A DNA stretch of 64,000 bases. It comes from Eledone cirrhosa (lineage: Eukaryota). The notes beneath the pieces are model-generated. The model had not been told where the DNA came from, ran no database searches, and saw only the letters and a program-made list of their open reading frames with translations. Below are positions 18,526 to 32,919 of this stretch, piece by piece; positions within the stretch are counted from its first letter, which is position 1, and each line of letters starts with the position of its first letter. The translations under genes were made by a program, and so were the position numbers. The DNA lies in the NCBI GenBank assembly GCA_964016885.1, contig OZ024758.1, positions 19,282,001 to 19,346,000 on the forward strand, read 5' to 3'.

Positions 18526-18588
<63 letters not shown>

Positions 18589-18678
18589 ATATATATATAT
18601 ATGTATATATATATATTTATATACATATATACATATATATATATGTTCATATATGTATATATATATATATTTGTATAC

Positions 18679-18726
<48 letters not shown>

Positions 18727-18776
18727 GTATATATATATATACATATATATATGTATATATATATATATATATATGT

Positions 18777-18831
<55 letters not shown>

Positions 18832-18881
18832 CATATATATATGTATATATATATATATATATATACATACATATATATATG

Positions 18882-18917
<36 letters not shown>

Positions 18918-18935
18918 TACATACATATATATATG

Positions 18936-18970
<35 letters not shown>

Positions 18971-18978
18971 GTACATAC

Positions 18979-19061
<83 letters not shown>

Positions 19062-19114
19062 GTATATATATATGTATATATATATGTATATAAACATACA
19101 AATATATATGTATA

Positions 19115-19165
<51 letters not shown>

Positions 19166-19241
19166 GTGTATATATATATGTACATAAACATCCGTATATA
19201 TACATATATATATGTACATATGCATATATATATATATATAT

Positions 19242-19312
<71 letters not shown>

Positions 19313-19368
19313 TATATACATATATTATATATACACATATATACATATATATATATACATATATATAC

Positions 19369-19441
<73 letters not shown>

Positions 19442-20283
19442 CATATATACAAATATATACATATATATATACATATATATATATATACATATATATATAT
19501 GTATATATATATATACATATATATACATATGTATATATATTTAATACAATAACAGAGATAGTTTAAAGCTAAACTCTGACTGCTAACCATCTCACTCAAC
19601 AAACATTAGGTTATATTTAAATTTAAATCCAATTTAAGTGTTTGGGGTGCTAACAATATGTATAATGTGGAAAAACCAGTTGTATTATTTCATGAGATAT
19701 AATTAAACTTAATGTATATCTCTCTTTCCAAACAATTCTTTCATTATAAGTTTTCTACAAATTGGGAGAATATTTCCAGTTTATGTAGAAGCCTAATATA
19801 TATATTCATGTAAGAATATATGTAGTTGGGCACTTATAAATCATCAGTGGAAGCCCGTTAAACTTTGATATAAGAAAAGGATTTCTTACCGCTGTCAAAA
19901 ATCGTGTCTGTCAAGTTGCTCCCTCTCGCCTCGAATGACCGCCAAATTTGAAATTCCAGCAGTTTATGACTGAGGAAATAGTATAGCGACACGAAGCGGG
20001 AAGGGGAGACAACCTACGATCCACGAAATGAGGAAAATAAAATAATATACACGCGGGTTAATTATTTTTTTTGAAAACATTATCAATGCAATGTATATAT
20101 ATATATCAATTCATTATCAATCCATATGTATATATATATTTTTATATACATATATATATGTATATACATATATATACATATGTATATATATATATACATA
20201 TATATACATATATATATATACATATATATATATGTATATATATACATATATATACTTATACGTATAAATACATACATATATAC

Positions 20284-20316
<33 letters not shown>

Positions 20317-20395
20317 CATATATATAAATATATATACACATATATATATACATATATATATATACACATATATATATATGCATGCATATATATAC

Positions 20396-20426
<31 letters not shown>

Positions 20427-20430
20427 CATG

Positions 20431-20464
<34 letters not shown>

Positions 20465-20491
20465 CACACATATAAATATATATATACATAT

Positions 20492-20554
<63 letters not shown>

Positions 20555-20605
20555 AATATATATAAATATATATATATACACACATATAAATATATATATA
20601 CATAT

Positions 20606-20666
<61 letters not shown>

Positions 20667-20683
20667 AATATATATAAATATAT

Positions 20684-20718
<35 letters not shown>

Positions 20719-20771
20719 AATATATATAAAAATATATATATATATATATATATAAATATATATATATATAA

Positions 20772-20834
<63 letters not shown>

Positions 20835-20848
20835 AATATATATATATA

Positions 20849-21134
<286 letters not shown>

Positions 21135-21152
21135 TAAATATATATATATATA

Positions 21153-21224
<72 letters not shown>

Positions 21225-21261
21225 TATATATATATAAACATATATATATTTATATATTTAA

Positions 21262-21292
<31 letters not shown>

Positions 21293-22105
21293 TAAAAAAA
21301 TAATGAATAAAACAATGAAACAGTTCCTTATATTAAACAAAAAAAGTTCATTATTTAACGATCGTTTCTAGGATATATATGTGTTAGAATTGGCATGCAT
21401 ATTCAACAGATCTATGTACAAAATTATACAAAATTATACAAACTATCAAAATTAAATATACATACCAAACACATATATATGCCGTCTTCAGAAATAATGA
21501 AATATATTTATTGATAATAACAACAATTCAAAATTTCAGGTCCGTTTGGGAACAGAGTTCAAATTAACCAATGAAAATACAAAAAGTTTTATGCAGTTTG
21601 GTGTGTGTATATACATGTAATTAACTTCGTACACATATTTACATAAAGATATATGTTCACATGCATACGCATGCCAAAAAGATGTATGCAAATACAAAAA
21701 TTCAAGGCTAATGTCTCTGTAAGTTTATAATCCACAGATAAAATGCGTATAGACACATACATATGAAATAAATGTATACACACATTCATATACTCACACA
21801 TATTCGTACACTCACACACACACGCGCGTATATGCATAAACATACACATAACTACGAACATACATACACACACACACCCCCACACACATATATATGTGCA
21901 TATAGTATTATCATAAGCATATGGACATTAATGCACGCACATAAACACTGCCACACATATTTAGATCAGGATACAGAAATTAGGTGGGAGGGGGGGAGAG
22001 GTCAGTATTCAACGGTTTCGGCAGACTGCCTATTTATAGATGTATCTATAAACTTAGAAATAAAAAGAAAAGAAAAAGAAAAAAAGAAAAAAGAAATATA
22101 TCAAG

Positions 22106-22146
<41 letters not shown>

Positions 22147-22170
22147 ACACATACACACACACACCCACAC

Positions 22171-22218
<48 letters not shown>

Positions 22219-22359
22219 AGTTTATGTTGGTTGTATACCAACACCTCAGTATGCAGGCTGGAGCACTCGACGAAGTGCGCAGGTTGGTTTGGTTACTCCG
22301 GAGTAGTGTAAAATAAAGTTAAATAAAAGTCAAATGATTAAAATTTAGCTTCGTTTATT

Positions 22360-22414
22360 ACTGCTATATATATTTCAGTGACAGCCATCTTTGGCTGTGA
22401 CCTCTTCAGGCAGT
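22360..22414 (-). ncRNA. Minimal hammerhead ribozyme, family D
   Basis: actgc-CTGAAGA-ggtcacagcca(aaga)tggctgtcact-GAAA-tatata-TA-gcagt, then AATAAA. Confidence 0.85.
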
Positions 22415-22680
22415 TTGAATTAGTATGGTATAGACAAGTACATATGTTGTTTAGGTGTATGATATTGTCAATACTCTGATATGCCCAGTTCCTTGTTGGG
22501 TTGTTAATTCACTGGGGAACTGGAGTCATATATATTTATATATATTTATATATATTTATATATATATGACTCCAGTTCCCCAGTGAATTAACAACCCAAC
22601 AAGGAACTGGGCATATCAGAGTATTGACAATATCATACACCTAAACAACATATGTACTTGTCTATACCATACTAATTCAA

Positions 22681-22735
22681 ACTGCCTGAAGAGGTCCCAG
22701 CCTAAGATGGCTGTCACTGAAATATATATAGCAGT
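22681..22735 (+). ncRNA. Minimal hammerhead ribozyme, family D (second arm)
   Basis: actgc-CTGAAGA-ggtcccagcctaagatggctgtcact-GAAA-tatata-TA-gcagt-aataaa. Confidence 0.8.
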
Positions 22736-22811
22736 AATAAACGAAGCTAAATTTTAATCATTTGACTTTTATTTAACTTTATTTCATATATATATATGTA
22801 TATATATATAT

Positions 22812-23050
22812 GGGAAGGAGTAGGACCCCGACGGCTGAGCTCAAGCCCTTTCGCTGGCTAAATCTGGACAAAATGCACATTTTCATTTAGTCCAGAATTA
22901 GCCGTCGAATCGGCTTGAGCACATTCATCGGGGTCCTACTCGTTCCTATTACCCACTCTACCACCTACACTATTACCCACTCTACTAACCTAGGTATTGA
23001 GTACTTTGGTTTCGTTATGGTCCACCTGGTTTCTTACCACATTTCCTTCG

Positions 23051-23052
<2 letters not shown>
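22812..23052. mobile_element. Family B palindrome (short left arm, long right arm); tail end repeated at ~23126-23143
   Basis: gtaggaccccgacggctgagctcaagcc is mirrored by ggcttgagc...cggggtcctac; tail taccacatttccttcgtt. Confidence 0.88.
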
Positions 23053-23119
<67 letters not shown>

Positions 23120-23613
23120 AGTATGTACCACATTTCCTTCGTTATGTATATATATATATATAAATATATATACACCTAACCGCCATTTTACGGACAATAA
23201 TTTAATGCCATTCCTTTGCACATCTTTCTTCAACAGATATAATATTTCGGTGAGCTTCATGCCCGCTTTTGGAAACGTAAAGTGTTAATAAGGCCAATCC
23301 AAGTAATGGCTGAGTCTTATACAGTAGAAATGTATTGCAGGACATTTTATTTCGTTATTTGCTTTGTTAACATTAACTTTAGCCATGAGTTACGTTTCTT
23401 GTATCTCCGTTGATCGATAAAGGAATTTAAGGTATGTAGTAGGGCTATATCAAGGGATTTCATAATTGCATGGACCAGCTCATTTAGTGTGTTCGGAAAT
23501 ACAATAAATGTGAATCAAATAACAGAATTGATAAATTTTAATGAGACTATATATATATATATAATTATGTATATATATATATAAATATATACATATAGGT
23601 ACACACATATAAG

Positions 23614-23699
<86 letters not shown>

Positions 23700-23715
23700 T
23701 ATGTATATATAAATA

Positions 23716-23862
<147 letters not shown>

Positions 23863-23869
23863 GTATATA

Positions 23870-23921
<52 letters not shown>

Positions 23922-23929
23922 GGAAAATT

Positions 23930-25277
23930 TTAACAGGGACAAAACACAGAGGCAGTACAACGAATGTTTATTAATTTCACGCTCTGGAGAGTGGGGTGTT
24001 GGTGGGGGACGACGTCTCGGGCATAAGCCCTTCCTCAGGTGAGAAGTGTGTGGGAACAGAGTTCAAAGGGTGTGTAGGGGAGTGATGGAGAGACATATAG
24101 CGAAAGGAAACGGTGCGAATGAAAAATAAAAAAGAAAGATAAAAATAAAAATAAAGCATGATCAAAATACAAGGAATGAGATAAATTTAAAAATAAAGGC
24201 ATGATCAAAATAAACTGAAATTAAAAGGGTGGTAAACAGGTGGTGGAAGGGTGTGGGGGGTGTAGGGGTGGTCGTAGGTGGAGTGGGGAGAGGGAGACGG
24301 GGTGTCCGAGCGGGGAGGGCTGAAGGTGGTGTGTGTGTGTAGGTGTGCGTGTGTGTGTGTAGGTGTGCGTGTGTGTGTGTATGTGAAAGTAAGGGTTGGG
24401 GGAAGAACGGGGTTGCATGTTCAGGAAGAGGTGTGTGTGCGGGGGGTCGGATTGCCTGTGCGTGTGTGGATAGAAGGGTGGGGGGAGAGGAATCAGGAGG
24501 CTGAGGGTGTAAATATGTGGTGGAAACACGTGTGTGTGGGGTTTAAGCGTGTTGTGGGTGTAGGTGGCGTGTGGAGAAAACAATTTTTTGGGTGTGTGTG
24601 TGTGCGTGAGTTATATAGGTGATTACGTAAGAGGATGGTTGAAAAGTTGCTAAATTCCGAAGATGTTTAGTGGATTGTTTGTTGGTCAATTTCTGCGTGT
24701 GGGTATTCCATGAAGCGAGGGTCGGAAGAGGAGAGATGTGGGGTGCGCGCACAACAGGAAGTGGTCAGCAGTGGGAGTGCTGTGGTCTGTTTGTGCTGGG
24801 AGGTGGTCAGAGGGCATAGCAGCAGTCGCTGGAATGGTAAAGGGGCGAGGATGGGTAGGTGTGGAAGTTGGAGTGAGGAGGGTGTGTGTGTGTGTGTGTA
24901 TTAGTAGGGGTGTTAGTGGGATGAGTGAGTGTGGAGAGAGGGTGGGGGTGGATTGGGGACAGAAGGGTGTGTTTGGTTCTATGGAGGGAGTTTGGTGTGT
25001 GTGTAGTTTGATGAAGAGGTGTTAGTGGGTGTTAGTATACGGGAGGTGGGGAGGGGTTGAATGCAGGTGTGAGTGGGGGTTAGTGGTGGTAGGGTATGTA
25101 GAGTTGGTGGTGTACGAGGGTGTGTGGGTACGTATGCGTGGGGTTGGGGGTGTTAGTGACGTTACTTGCGTGTGGGGTGGGTGGTGTAAGTGGGTGCGTG
25201 TGTTCGTGTGCTTGGGGTTAGGGGGTGTTAGTGAGGTTACTTGCGGGGTGGTGGGAAGGAGGTGTGGGGGTGAGAGG
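23930..25277 (-). mobile_element. Decayed Penelope-like element: pLTR with HHR plus a possible GIY-YIG remnant
   Basis: Minus strand ac-CTGAGGA-a-gggc(ttat)gccc-GAGA-cg-TC-gt (24009-24040; GAAA mutated to GAGA), AATAAA downstream. Peptide traces DHSTPTADHF and HLRNLATFQP at ~24630-24810. Flanked by (TA)n. Confidence 0.6.
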
Positions 25278-25285
25278 TGTATATA

Positions 25286-25330
<45 letters not shown>

Positions 25331-25439
25331 ATATATATATATATATGTATATATATTAATATATGTATATATATATATATGTATATATATATATGTATAT
25401 ATATATATATTAATATATGTATATATATATATATGTATG

Positions 25440-25486
<47 letters not shown>

Positions 25487-25581
25487 GTATAAATATATGT
25501 ATGTATATATATATATGTATATATGTATATATATACATATATATGTATTTATATATATATGTATGTATATATATATGTATG

Positions 25582-25630
<49 letters not shown>

Positions 25631-25942
25631 ATATATATATATATGTATATATATATGTATATATATATGTATATTTATGTATATATGTATATGTATACAT
25701 ATATATATGTATATATATAAATGTATATATATATATATGTATATATATATATAAATGTATATATAAATATTTATATATACATATATATGTATATATAACT
25801 ATATATGTATATATATGTATATGTATATATATATGTATATACATACATACATGTATATATATGTATATATATACATATATGTATATATATACATATATGT
25901 ATATATATATGTATATATATATATATATATATATGTATATTC

Positions 25943-26023
<81 letters not shown>

Positions 26024-26049
26024 TGTATATATATATGTATATATATTCA

Positions 26050-26099
<50 letters not shown>

Positions 26100-26132
26100 C
26101 TATATATAAACAAATAATATATATATATATAT

Positions 26133-26172
26133 TTGAAACGGCTTGAGCTCAGCCGTCGGGGTCTTACTGGTT

Positions 26173-26175
<3 letters not shown>
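26133..26175 (+). mobile_element. Family B fragment within (TA)n
   Basis: gaaacggcttgagctcagccgtcggggtcttactggttcc. Confidence 0.85.
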
Positions 26176-26220
<45 letters not shown>

Positions 26221-26256
26221 CATATAAGTATACATATATATAGCTATACATATAGC

Positions 26257-26349
<93 letters not shown>

Positions 26350-26355
<6 letters not shown>

Positions 26356-27151
26356 GACTATGATATAATCCAGTTGTGTCTTGTCGCCATTTGGAGATGT
26401 GTGTGACCACCGCTGACCTGGTCTTTTTTGGAATATGGCTTTGAGACAACGTAAATTGTTCTCACACAAGTAATCGTTTAGCATACAACCGTTTCTATTG
26501 GTTTGTGAGTGGTATCAGAATTTGAATCCATCAGCCGTCCAAGACGCGCGTTGAAGTCTCCGGCAATGATGAGAACATTATATTTTGGGATTTGTCTAGT
26601 GAGTGATGTTAGCTCCATGTAAATCCTCTCTACTTCGGCCAAGTCACATACATTTGATTACAAGAGATTACAGTGGTTTTAGGATTCCCGTTAAACGTAG
26701 CTATCATTATCCTTGATGTTATCATTTCAACACTTGTAAGTGCATCATAGGCTCGCGGGCTGAAAAAAGCATTCAAACTCCACCATTTGCTACATTCATG
26801 CTGATTTTCCAAGTTGAGCAGGTTATCAGCCTCTAATTGCCAAATATTTGATGCTTTGTTACAACCTCTTCATGCATGAACAGGTGCTCCTGAATACAGA
26901 TACCATCATTGTTGGTCACCCCTGCTAAAGCAACAGTTCAGGGATTTATGGTCTTTCTGGAGTGTTTGAACATTGAGTGTACCAGCAAAGATGTCTTTCT
27001 TTCCTTGTACAAGTCGAGTTGGTTATTTTCTCCGGGTATGTTTCCCAGTATCTGATTGTTCGACTGCAATCTGGGAATCCGCTGCAGGACGCGCTCCTTG
27101 TTTAACCGCCCGACGACCGCTGCGGGCTGAACATCGAAGGATTTGTGTCAT
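26350..27151 (-). pseudogene. AP-endonuclease domain of the RTE ORF (frameshifted)
   Basis: Motifs [67 protein letters not shown]. Confidence 0.9.
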
Positions 27152-27450
27152 ATTTAACTTTCAATAGCTGTATATACACTTGCGGTCGCTACTCCATACA
27201 AGCGAAAGCAGTACTCTGTATTAGAGCGGTTGTGCCTCACCGAAACATCCAACAGTAGTAGTATGAACCAAATTCACAGTTACTTGGTCATTGCCTTATC
27301 TACTGATACGACATCCTGCTTACCAATGTATTTGTTTAACCCGGTCAGGATTGGTTTGAAAGATTGCATATCAACGCCAAAGAGCTCTGTCCGCCCCGGC
27401 TTTGAAATCATAGTGGGCCCTCTCCTAGACAGATTGCCGACCAATGCTAC

Positions 27451-27520
<70 letters not shown>

Positions 27521-27734
27521 CACACACACATTTACACAATATTGGGATGGCCGTTGACTCTTATGAGTTCTTCCGCCATTTGTCAGGTTTTGTTTTTGTC
27601 CTGCAGGATGTCCAAAATCACCCTCCTCACCATGTAAACTTGATGGGGTTGCCTGTTTAGTCGACAACGACCCGACCATGCGATAGTATTAGACTGGGTT
27701 ACATGTTACCAGTAGACCTCGAGAGTGGCCTGAC

Positions 27735-29770
27735 TATAGAGAATGGAAGAACAGGGCAAAAGACTGCAGAGCATATGACTCATTTGTTAATGTTGACTCG
27801 GATCATCGCATTGTATGGGCCATGATACAATTAGGTCTCCAAGTGGATAAAAAGAAATCTGCTAGTGCTACTCCTTACAACTGGGCAGTCCTGAATCCCT
27901 GAGACTTACACAACCTTTGTAACCAAACTGAGCAACCGATTTGCTGCCCTACAAGACACTGCGCCAGCAAAATCGTCAAATTCTACATTTAACCATTTTC
28001 AGATGGCATTCAAAGAGGCAGTGGCCGACACCATCCCTTTAAAATCCAATTTTAAAAAACGAAAACCCTGGGAAACAGAGAGGATACGCCAAAAGCGCAA
28101 TGAGTTGCGAAAAGCTGCAGAATTGAAAGACACTCAACGATCTCCAGTAAACATTAGTAACTTCAATGCTGCTTGTACAACACTGAAAAGTGAGTATGAA
28201 AATTGAGCAAGCCGAATACATGCAGAGAAAGTTCAATCATATCTCGAGTACTGTCATCAATAAGATGTCTGCTGAAGCCTGGAAAAATGTCAATAAAATT
28301 AGTGGCAGAAAAAGTAGTGACAGAGCCAAACTGAAAGCCAACAGCCAAGACGAACGTTTAAAACTGTGGCAACAACATTTTCAGAACCTACTTGGCAAAG
28401 CACCACAGATCATCGAAGAAGAAATAATACCCGTGTTTACAGAGGAACACCAAATACAGAAAGGTCCTTTCACTATGGAGGAACTACAGAAGGCAGTGAA
28501 AAGTATTGGTAACGGAAAAGCGTGCGAACTCGACGAGGTCCCAGCTGAAGTGTGGAATGTACCTGAATTTCATCCAATCCTACTAGAGTTGTGTAATGGT
28601 CTCTATAATAAAGACCCCATAGATAAATGGACTGAGGGATGTATACTCCCTTTTCCCAATAAGGGCGATCTTGGAATGGCTAAAAACTACCGTGGCATAA
28701 CACTAATGGCAATTGCCGCCAATATATACAATCTCATGCTGTTTGACAGAATAAGACCTGTCATTGACCCCTTGCTGAGAAAAAACCAAAATGTCTTCCA
28801 CACCAAGAGATATACATCAGGGCAAATACTTACAATTCGGCGTATCTTGGAAGGCGTAGAAGCCAAAAACCTCCCAGCAACTCTCCTGTTTATTGACTTT
28901 TCAAAAGCATTCGATTCCATCCATCGTGGGAGGATCAGAGAGATACTTCTAGCCTACGGCTTGCTAAAGGAAACAGTAAATACCATCATGATGTTATATA
29001 AAAAACCCGCGCAATGGTGCGCTCATCTGATGGAGATAAAAACTTCTTTGACATCATTGCAGGAGTGCTCCAGGGGATACTCTTGCACCATACATTTTTA
29101 TCATCTGCCTCGAATATGTATTGAGAAAAGCCCTGGACGAAAACTTAGAGCTTGGTTTCACTCTCACAAAGCGAAAGTGTGGAGGCCATGCAGCTCAGAG
29201 AATCACCGGTGCTGACTTGCGGATGATTTGGTGGTTCTCGATGACTACCTTAAGGATGCAACATCACTACTTCACAGCATCGAATCAGTTGCAAAGGAAA
29301 TCGGACTCTATGTCAACGCAGGCAAAACAGAATATATTTGCCTGAACCAAGACTCCTCAGTTGGTATGCGAAGTCTAAACGGCGATACAATCGAGCAAGT
29401 TGACGACTTCAAATACCTGGGTAGCTATATCGCCTCCACAGAACATGATGTTAACATCAGACTGGGAAAAGCCTGGGGAGCATTGAATGCAATGGAAAAG
29501 ATATGGAAATCAAACCTGCCGGCCAAACTGAAAAGGAATTTCTTCAGAGCTGCTGTGGAATTTGTGCTTGTTTATGGCTCTATCACTTGGACGCTAACGT
29601 CGAACCTAGATAAAAAGCTAGATGGGGCATACACACGTATGCTCCGCGCTGCTTTGAACGTGTCTTGGAGGGAACACCCAACAACTATGACAATATACCA
29701 CCTATCAGCAGGTCAATAGAAGAACTGGCAAACGCTATGAGAAACAGAGATGGATGGAGGAATCGTGTCG
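27735..29770 (+). pseudogene. End of endonuclease plus reverse transcriptase of the RTE ORF (stops, frameshifts, C-terminal deletion)
   Basis: WKNRAKDCRAYDSFVNVDSDHRIV; KGDLGMAKNYRGITL; LFIDFSKAFDSIHR; LQG; DFKYLGSYI; [10 protein letters not shown]; LDGAYTRMLR. Confidence 0.95.
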
Positions 29771-30391
29771 TATATATATATGTATATATACACATATATA
29801 TACATATATATATAAGTAATACTTTTTTTTGAAAAGTAAAGCGTTCGTCTATCAAGGAAAGTTAGATCCGATATCTCAGATATCACATGAAGTGACATGA
29901 AAACAATGCCAGCCAGATGTTCTTATACAATATGACTATTATTATATTCATTTAGAAATGTCTGGGCAAAATGACAATGAGATAATGGTAGTGAAAACTT
30001 ATATGATGACACTTTTGAAATGAAGGAAATTATCTCTTATCACAGATTTTGATATGCCATAGGATGTCTGATTTATAGCAAAGGAGACGAAGATTTATTT
30101 ATAAAATATGAAGAACTGGAGAATAAAGTTTCTAACGTACATTTTCAAAATACGCTTACATATATTCCTGGCATAATGAAAGAGAAAACATTATAATAGC
30201 AAAGAAATTTCAGTCAGGGGAATGCTGGGTAGATAGATTATAAGCCTTTCTCTGGAGGGTGTCTTTCAGTAGGGCCCTGTCGATACGATCACAAGAGAAT
30301 TGGTAGAGTGATGCCCATGGAAAACTACATGAAAAAGCACAATAATATAATACATCACCAAACAGTTTTTAATATATATATACATATATAA

Positions 30392-30602
30392 AACGAGGGA
30401 AGTGTGGTAAGGAACTAGGTGGACCATAACGCACCAGAGTATTCGATACTTAGGGAAGAAGAGGGGGTAATAGGAAAAGTGTCAGGACTCCGACGACTAA
30501 GCTCCGGCCGTTTCGACCGCTAGATCTGAATTCAGATCTAGCTAGGATTTCAGATCTACCTGTCGACAGTCCCGGAGCTCAGGTGTTGGTGTCCTAACTC
30601 CT

Positions 30603-30606
<4 letters not shown>
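30392..30606. mobile_element. Diverged family B palindrome
   Basis: aacgagggaagtgtggtaaggaactaggtggaccataacgcacc matches 37183 onward; pivot at tagatctgaattcagatcta. Confidence 0.8.
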
Positions 30607-30639
<33 letters not shown>

Positions 30640-31154
30640 TCAATTATAACGATATTGAATTAAATATATACAATGATGTAGTAAAATGTTAAATGATATT
30701 ACATATACATTTTAAATTATCATATCATTTTAGGTACATTTTGTGGGCTTGTAATATAATTATTTCACCAAACATCCGAAGTTCTAGTAATAGAACAAAT
30801 GTGTTAATTCACTATAAATGGATACACATATTTTATATATGATATTATTGTTACATACTGACTATGTTTCGTCGGGGAAAATTAATAGCGTGTTTCCTAT
30901 AGAAAAGGAAAAGAACAAACAGCAGTAGTTTTAGGTTATTATCGAATATCCTTTCAGGTTTAAATTAAAATGCTTTCGTTAAATACACATATACATACAT
31001 ATATGTATGTATACACACATATATACACACGCATATTGTGTGTGTATTCCGGGTTCAAGCGGCAGTAACCATAGTAGTAAGGTACTCATAATATCGAAAT
31101 GGCTTCTTACCGACGAAAGAAACAGTTCTAGTCGTAGAAGCCATTTCTCTCTAT

Positions 31155-31219
31155 ATCATCATCATCATCATCATCACCGTATTACGTCCGTTCTTCCATG
31201 CTAGCATGGGTTAGACAGT
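31155..31219 (-). mobile_element. 3' tail of a retroposon ending in (ATG)n
   Basis: (cat)n-cgtattacgtccgttcttccatgctagcatgggttagac resembles an abundant octopus retroposon 3' end (from memory, not searched). Confidence 0.55.
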
Positions 31220-32652
31220 GATATATATATTCATCCACACACTCACACACACATACACCCACACACACATATATATATGTATATGTGTGTCCCTTCAAGT
31301 ATGAAGAGATCACACCAGGCTTCTGATATACATTCTTCTCCAGCAACGATCGCTGTTGATTCTAACTTAATGCCTTAGGCTTCTGCGCATGCTGAATAGA
31401 GAAAGAGGCTGCTCTAACAATGAAGTTATGAACTTCTTTCATCGCATATTTGTATACTCAATGCATTGTTATCACGCAAGTAATTAGATAAACACCTGAA
31501 TGTTTATAACATTTTTGTAACCGCCATTCACGAAGAGAGATATTTTCACGAAGAGAATGATCATTATAGCATACCCCTAGACACAGGCTCCAAGCATCTG
31601 CTTAGAACACAGCGAATAATTCAAAGGTCGGTCGTGCTGGGATTTTTATAAAAACTGGCACTCTCAACCCTTTGATATCAGTTCAAAATATACACGATCA
31701 TATAGTTGCTGCACAGAAACAATTGTTAATAAATTGAAACTGATTCTTCCTGCTCCTCGGAACATTCCGATAAATTCTGGTATTTTCTCGAAAAACTTCC
31801 TCGTGAAATAAGGTCCCGTAGAAATAAGTTTCAATGTTGGTATATCCCTCCATAATACCGTTTTCCAAGTGGTATCGACATTGTAACGACTGAAATTAAT
31901 AATTGAACGTCCTTATACATGATTATCAAGTAGAGATATTTAATTGTATATATTATAATATATTCAAATCTTTAATTCACATGGAATTAAAAAAAACAAA
32001 ACTATAAATAACAATTTACTTTTGTATATTTAACTCATCACATCACATGATATTCGTCAAAGGATATGTTTAAATTATGTTTATCGTACTTTAAATATAA
32101 TGTAATTTGTACACGTAGAAAATATTTTCAAATATTCGATATTTATAATTATAAATTACATGAATCAATTTATCAATAAATTAACGTATTTCCAAGTAAA
32201 TATTCAATTTGTTTCACATATGAATGAAACCACATTTCTCAAATATTGAGGTTGGCTTCAAAGAGATAATTTTTCACGCACGATAAGTATGCATTAAGAT
32301 AAATATACATATAATGTTTCTAATTATATGATTCCAATCTTTTAAACTAAATATCATGGTGTTATTATTCGAAACTAATGGATTTGAATGTCTGACTCTC
32401 ACTTCTTCACATATTTTGAAATAGGATCGAAAACTCTCCGTCTTTTACCCATGTATTTTTATTAACAACGCCACCTACGGGCATAAAAGCATTTCTTGAA
32501 TATTTCAGGATACCCAGATGTCAAAAGAACATATGAATAATATAATATGATTGAGCAAAAAGAGGAAGTGTTATTTATATGTATCGTACTGTGTGTTGAT
32601 CTGTGAACGTGTTTCGCAGAGGATTAGTTCAATCACCGACATTATATACATA

Positions 32653-32910
32653 TAATTGTTTCTACTTTAGGCACAAGGCCAGCAATTACCCAGTGCATTA
32701 CTGGTACTTTATTTTATAGACCCTGTAAGGACGAAAGGCAAAGTCAACCTCGGCGGGATTTGAACTCAGATATATAATGTCGGTGATTCAGTAAATTACT
32801 TCAGTAAATCCCGCCGAGGTTAACTTTGCCTTTCATCCTTATGGGGGCAATAAAATAAAGTACTAGTAATGCACTGGATAATTGCCGGCCTTGTGCCAAA
32901 AGTAGAAACA
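32653..32910. mobile_element. Two SINE copies head-to-head (32653-32770 minus, 32806-32910 plus)
   Basis: SINE core and tail present in both orientations. Confidence 0.88.
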
Positions 32911-32919
32911 CCTATATAT

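Larger units (their letters stand above)
22215..22785. mobile_element. Family D head-to-head palindrome; arms ~22311-22529 and ~22567-22785, TA-rich centre, extra tail 22215-22310
   Basis: Near-perfect ~220-bp inverted repeat with an HHR in each arm. Confidence 0.92.
26350..29770. mobile_element. RTE-clade (RTE/RTE-X-like) non-LTR retrotransposon with a 5' inversion, inserted in (TA)n
   Basis: The 5' part (UTR plus AP endonuclease) is on the minus strand at 26350-27734; the rest is on the plus strand at 27735-29770. Confidence 0.92.

Noticed and set aside
19900-20025. Imperfect hairpins here and at ~54950-55043
   Set aside because: Too decayed to classify, with no TSD or second copy; probably old MITE remnants.
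27680-27734. Possible HDV-like ribozyme at the RTE 5' end
   Set aside because: Only hairpin fragments and a ctaat were seen; I could not build the double pseudoknot.
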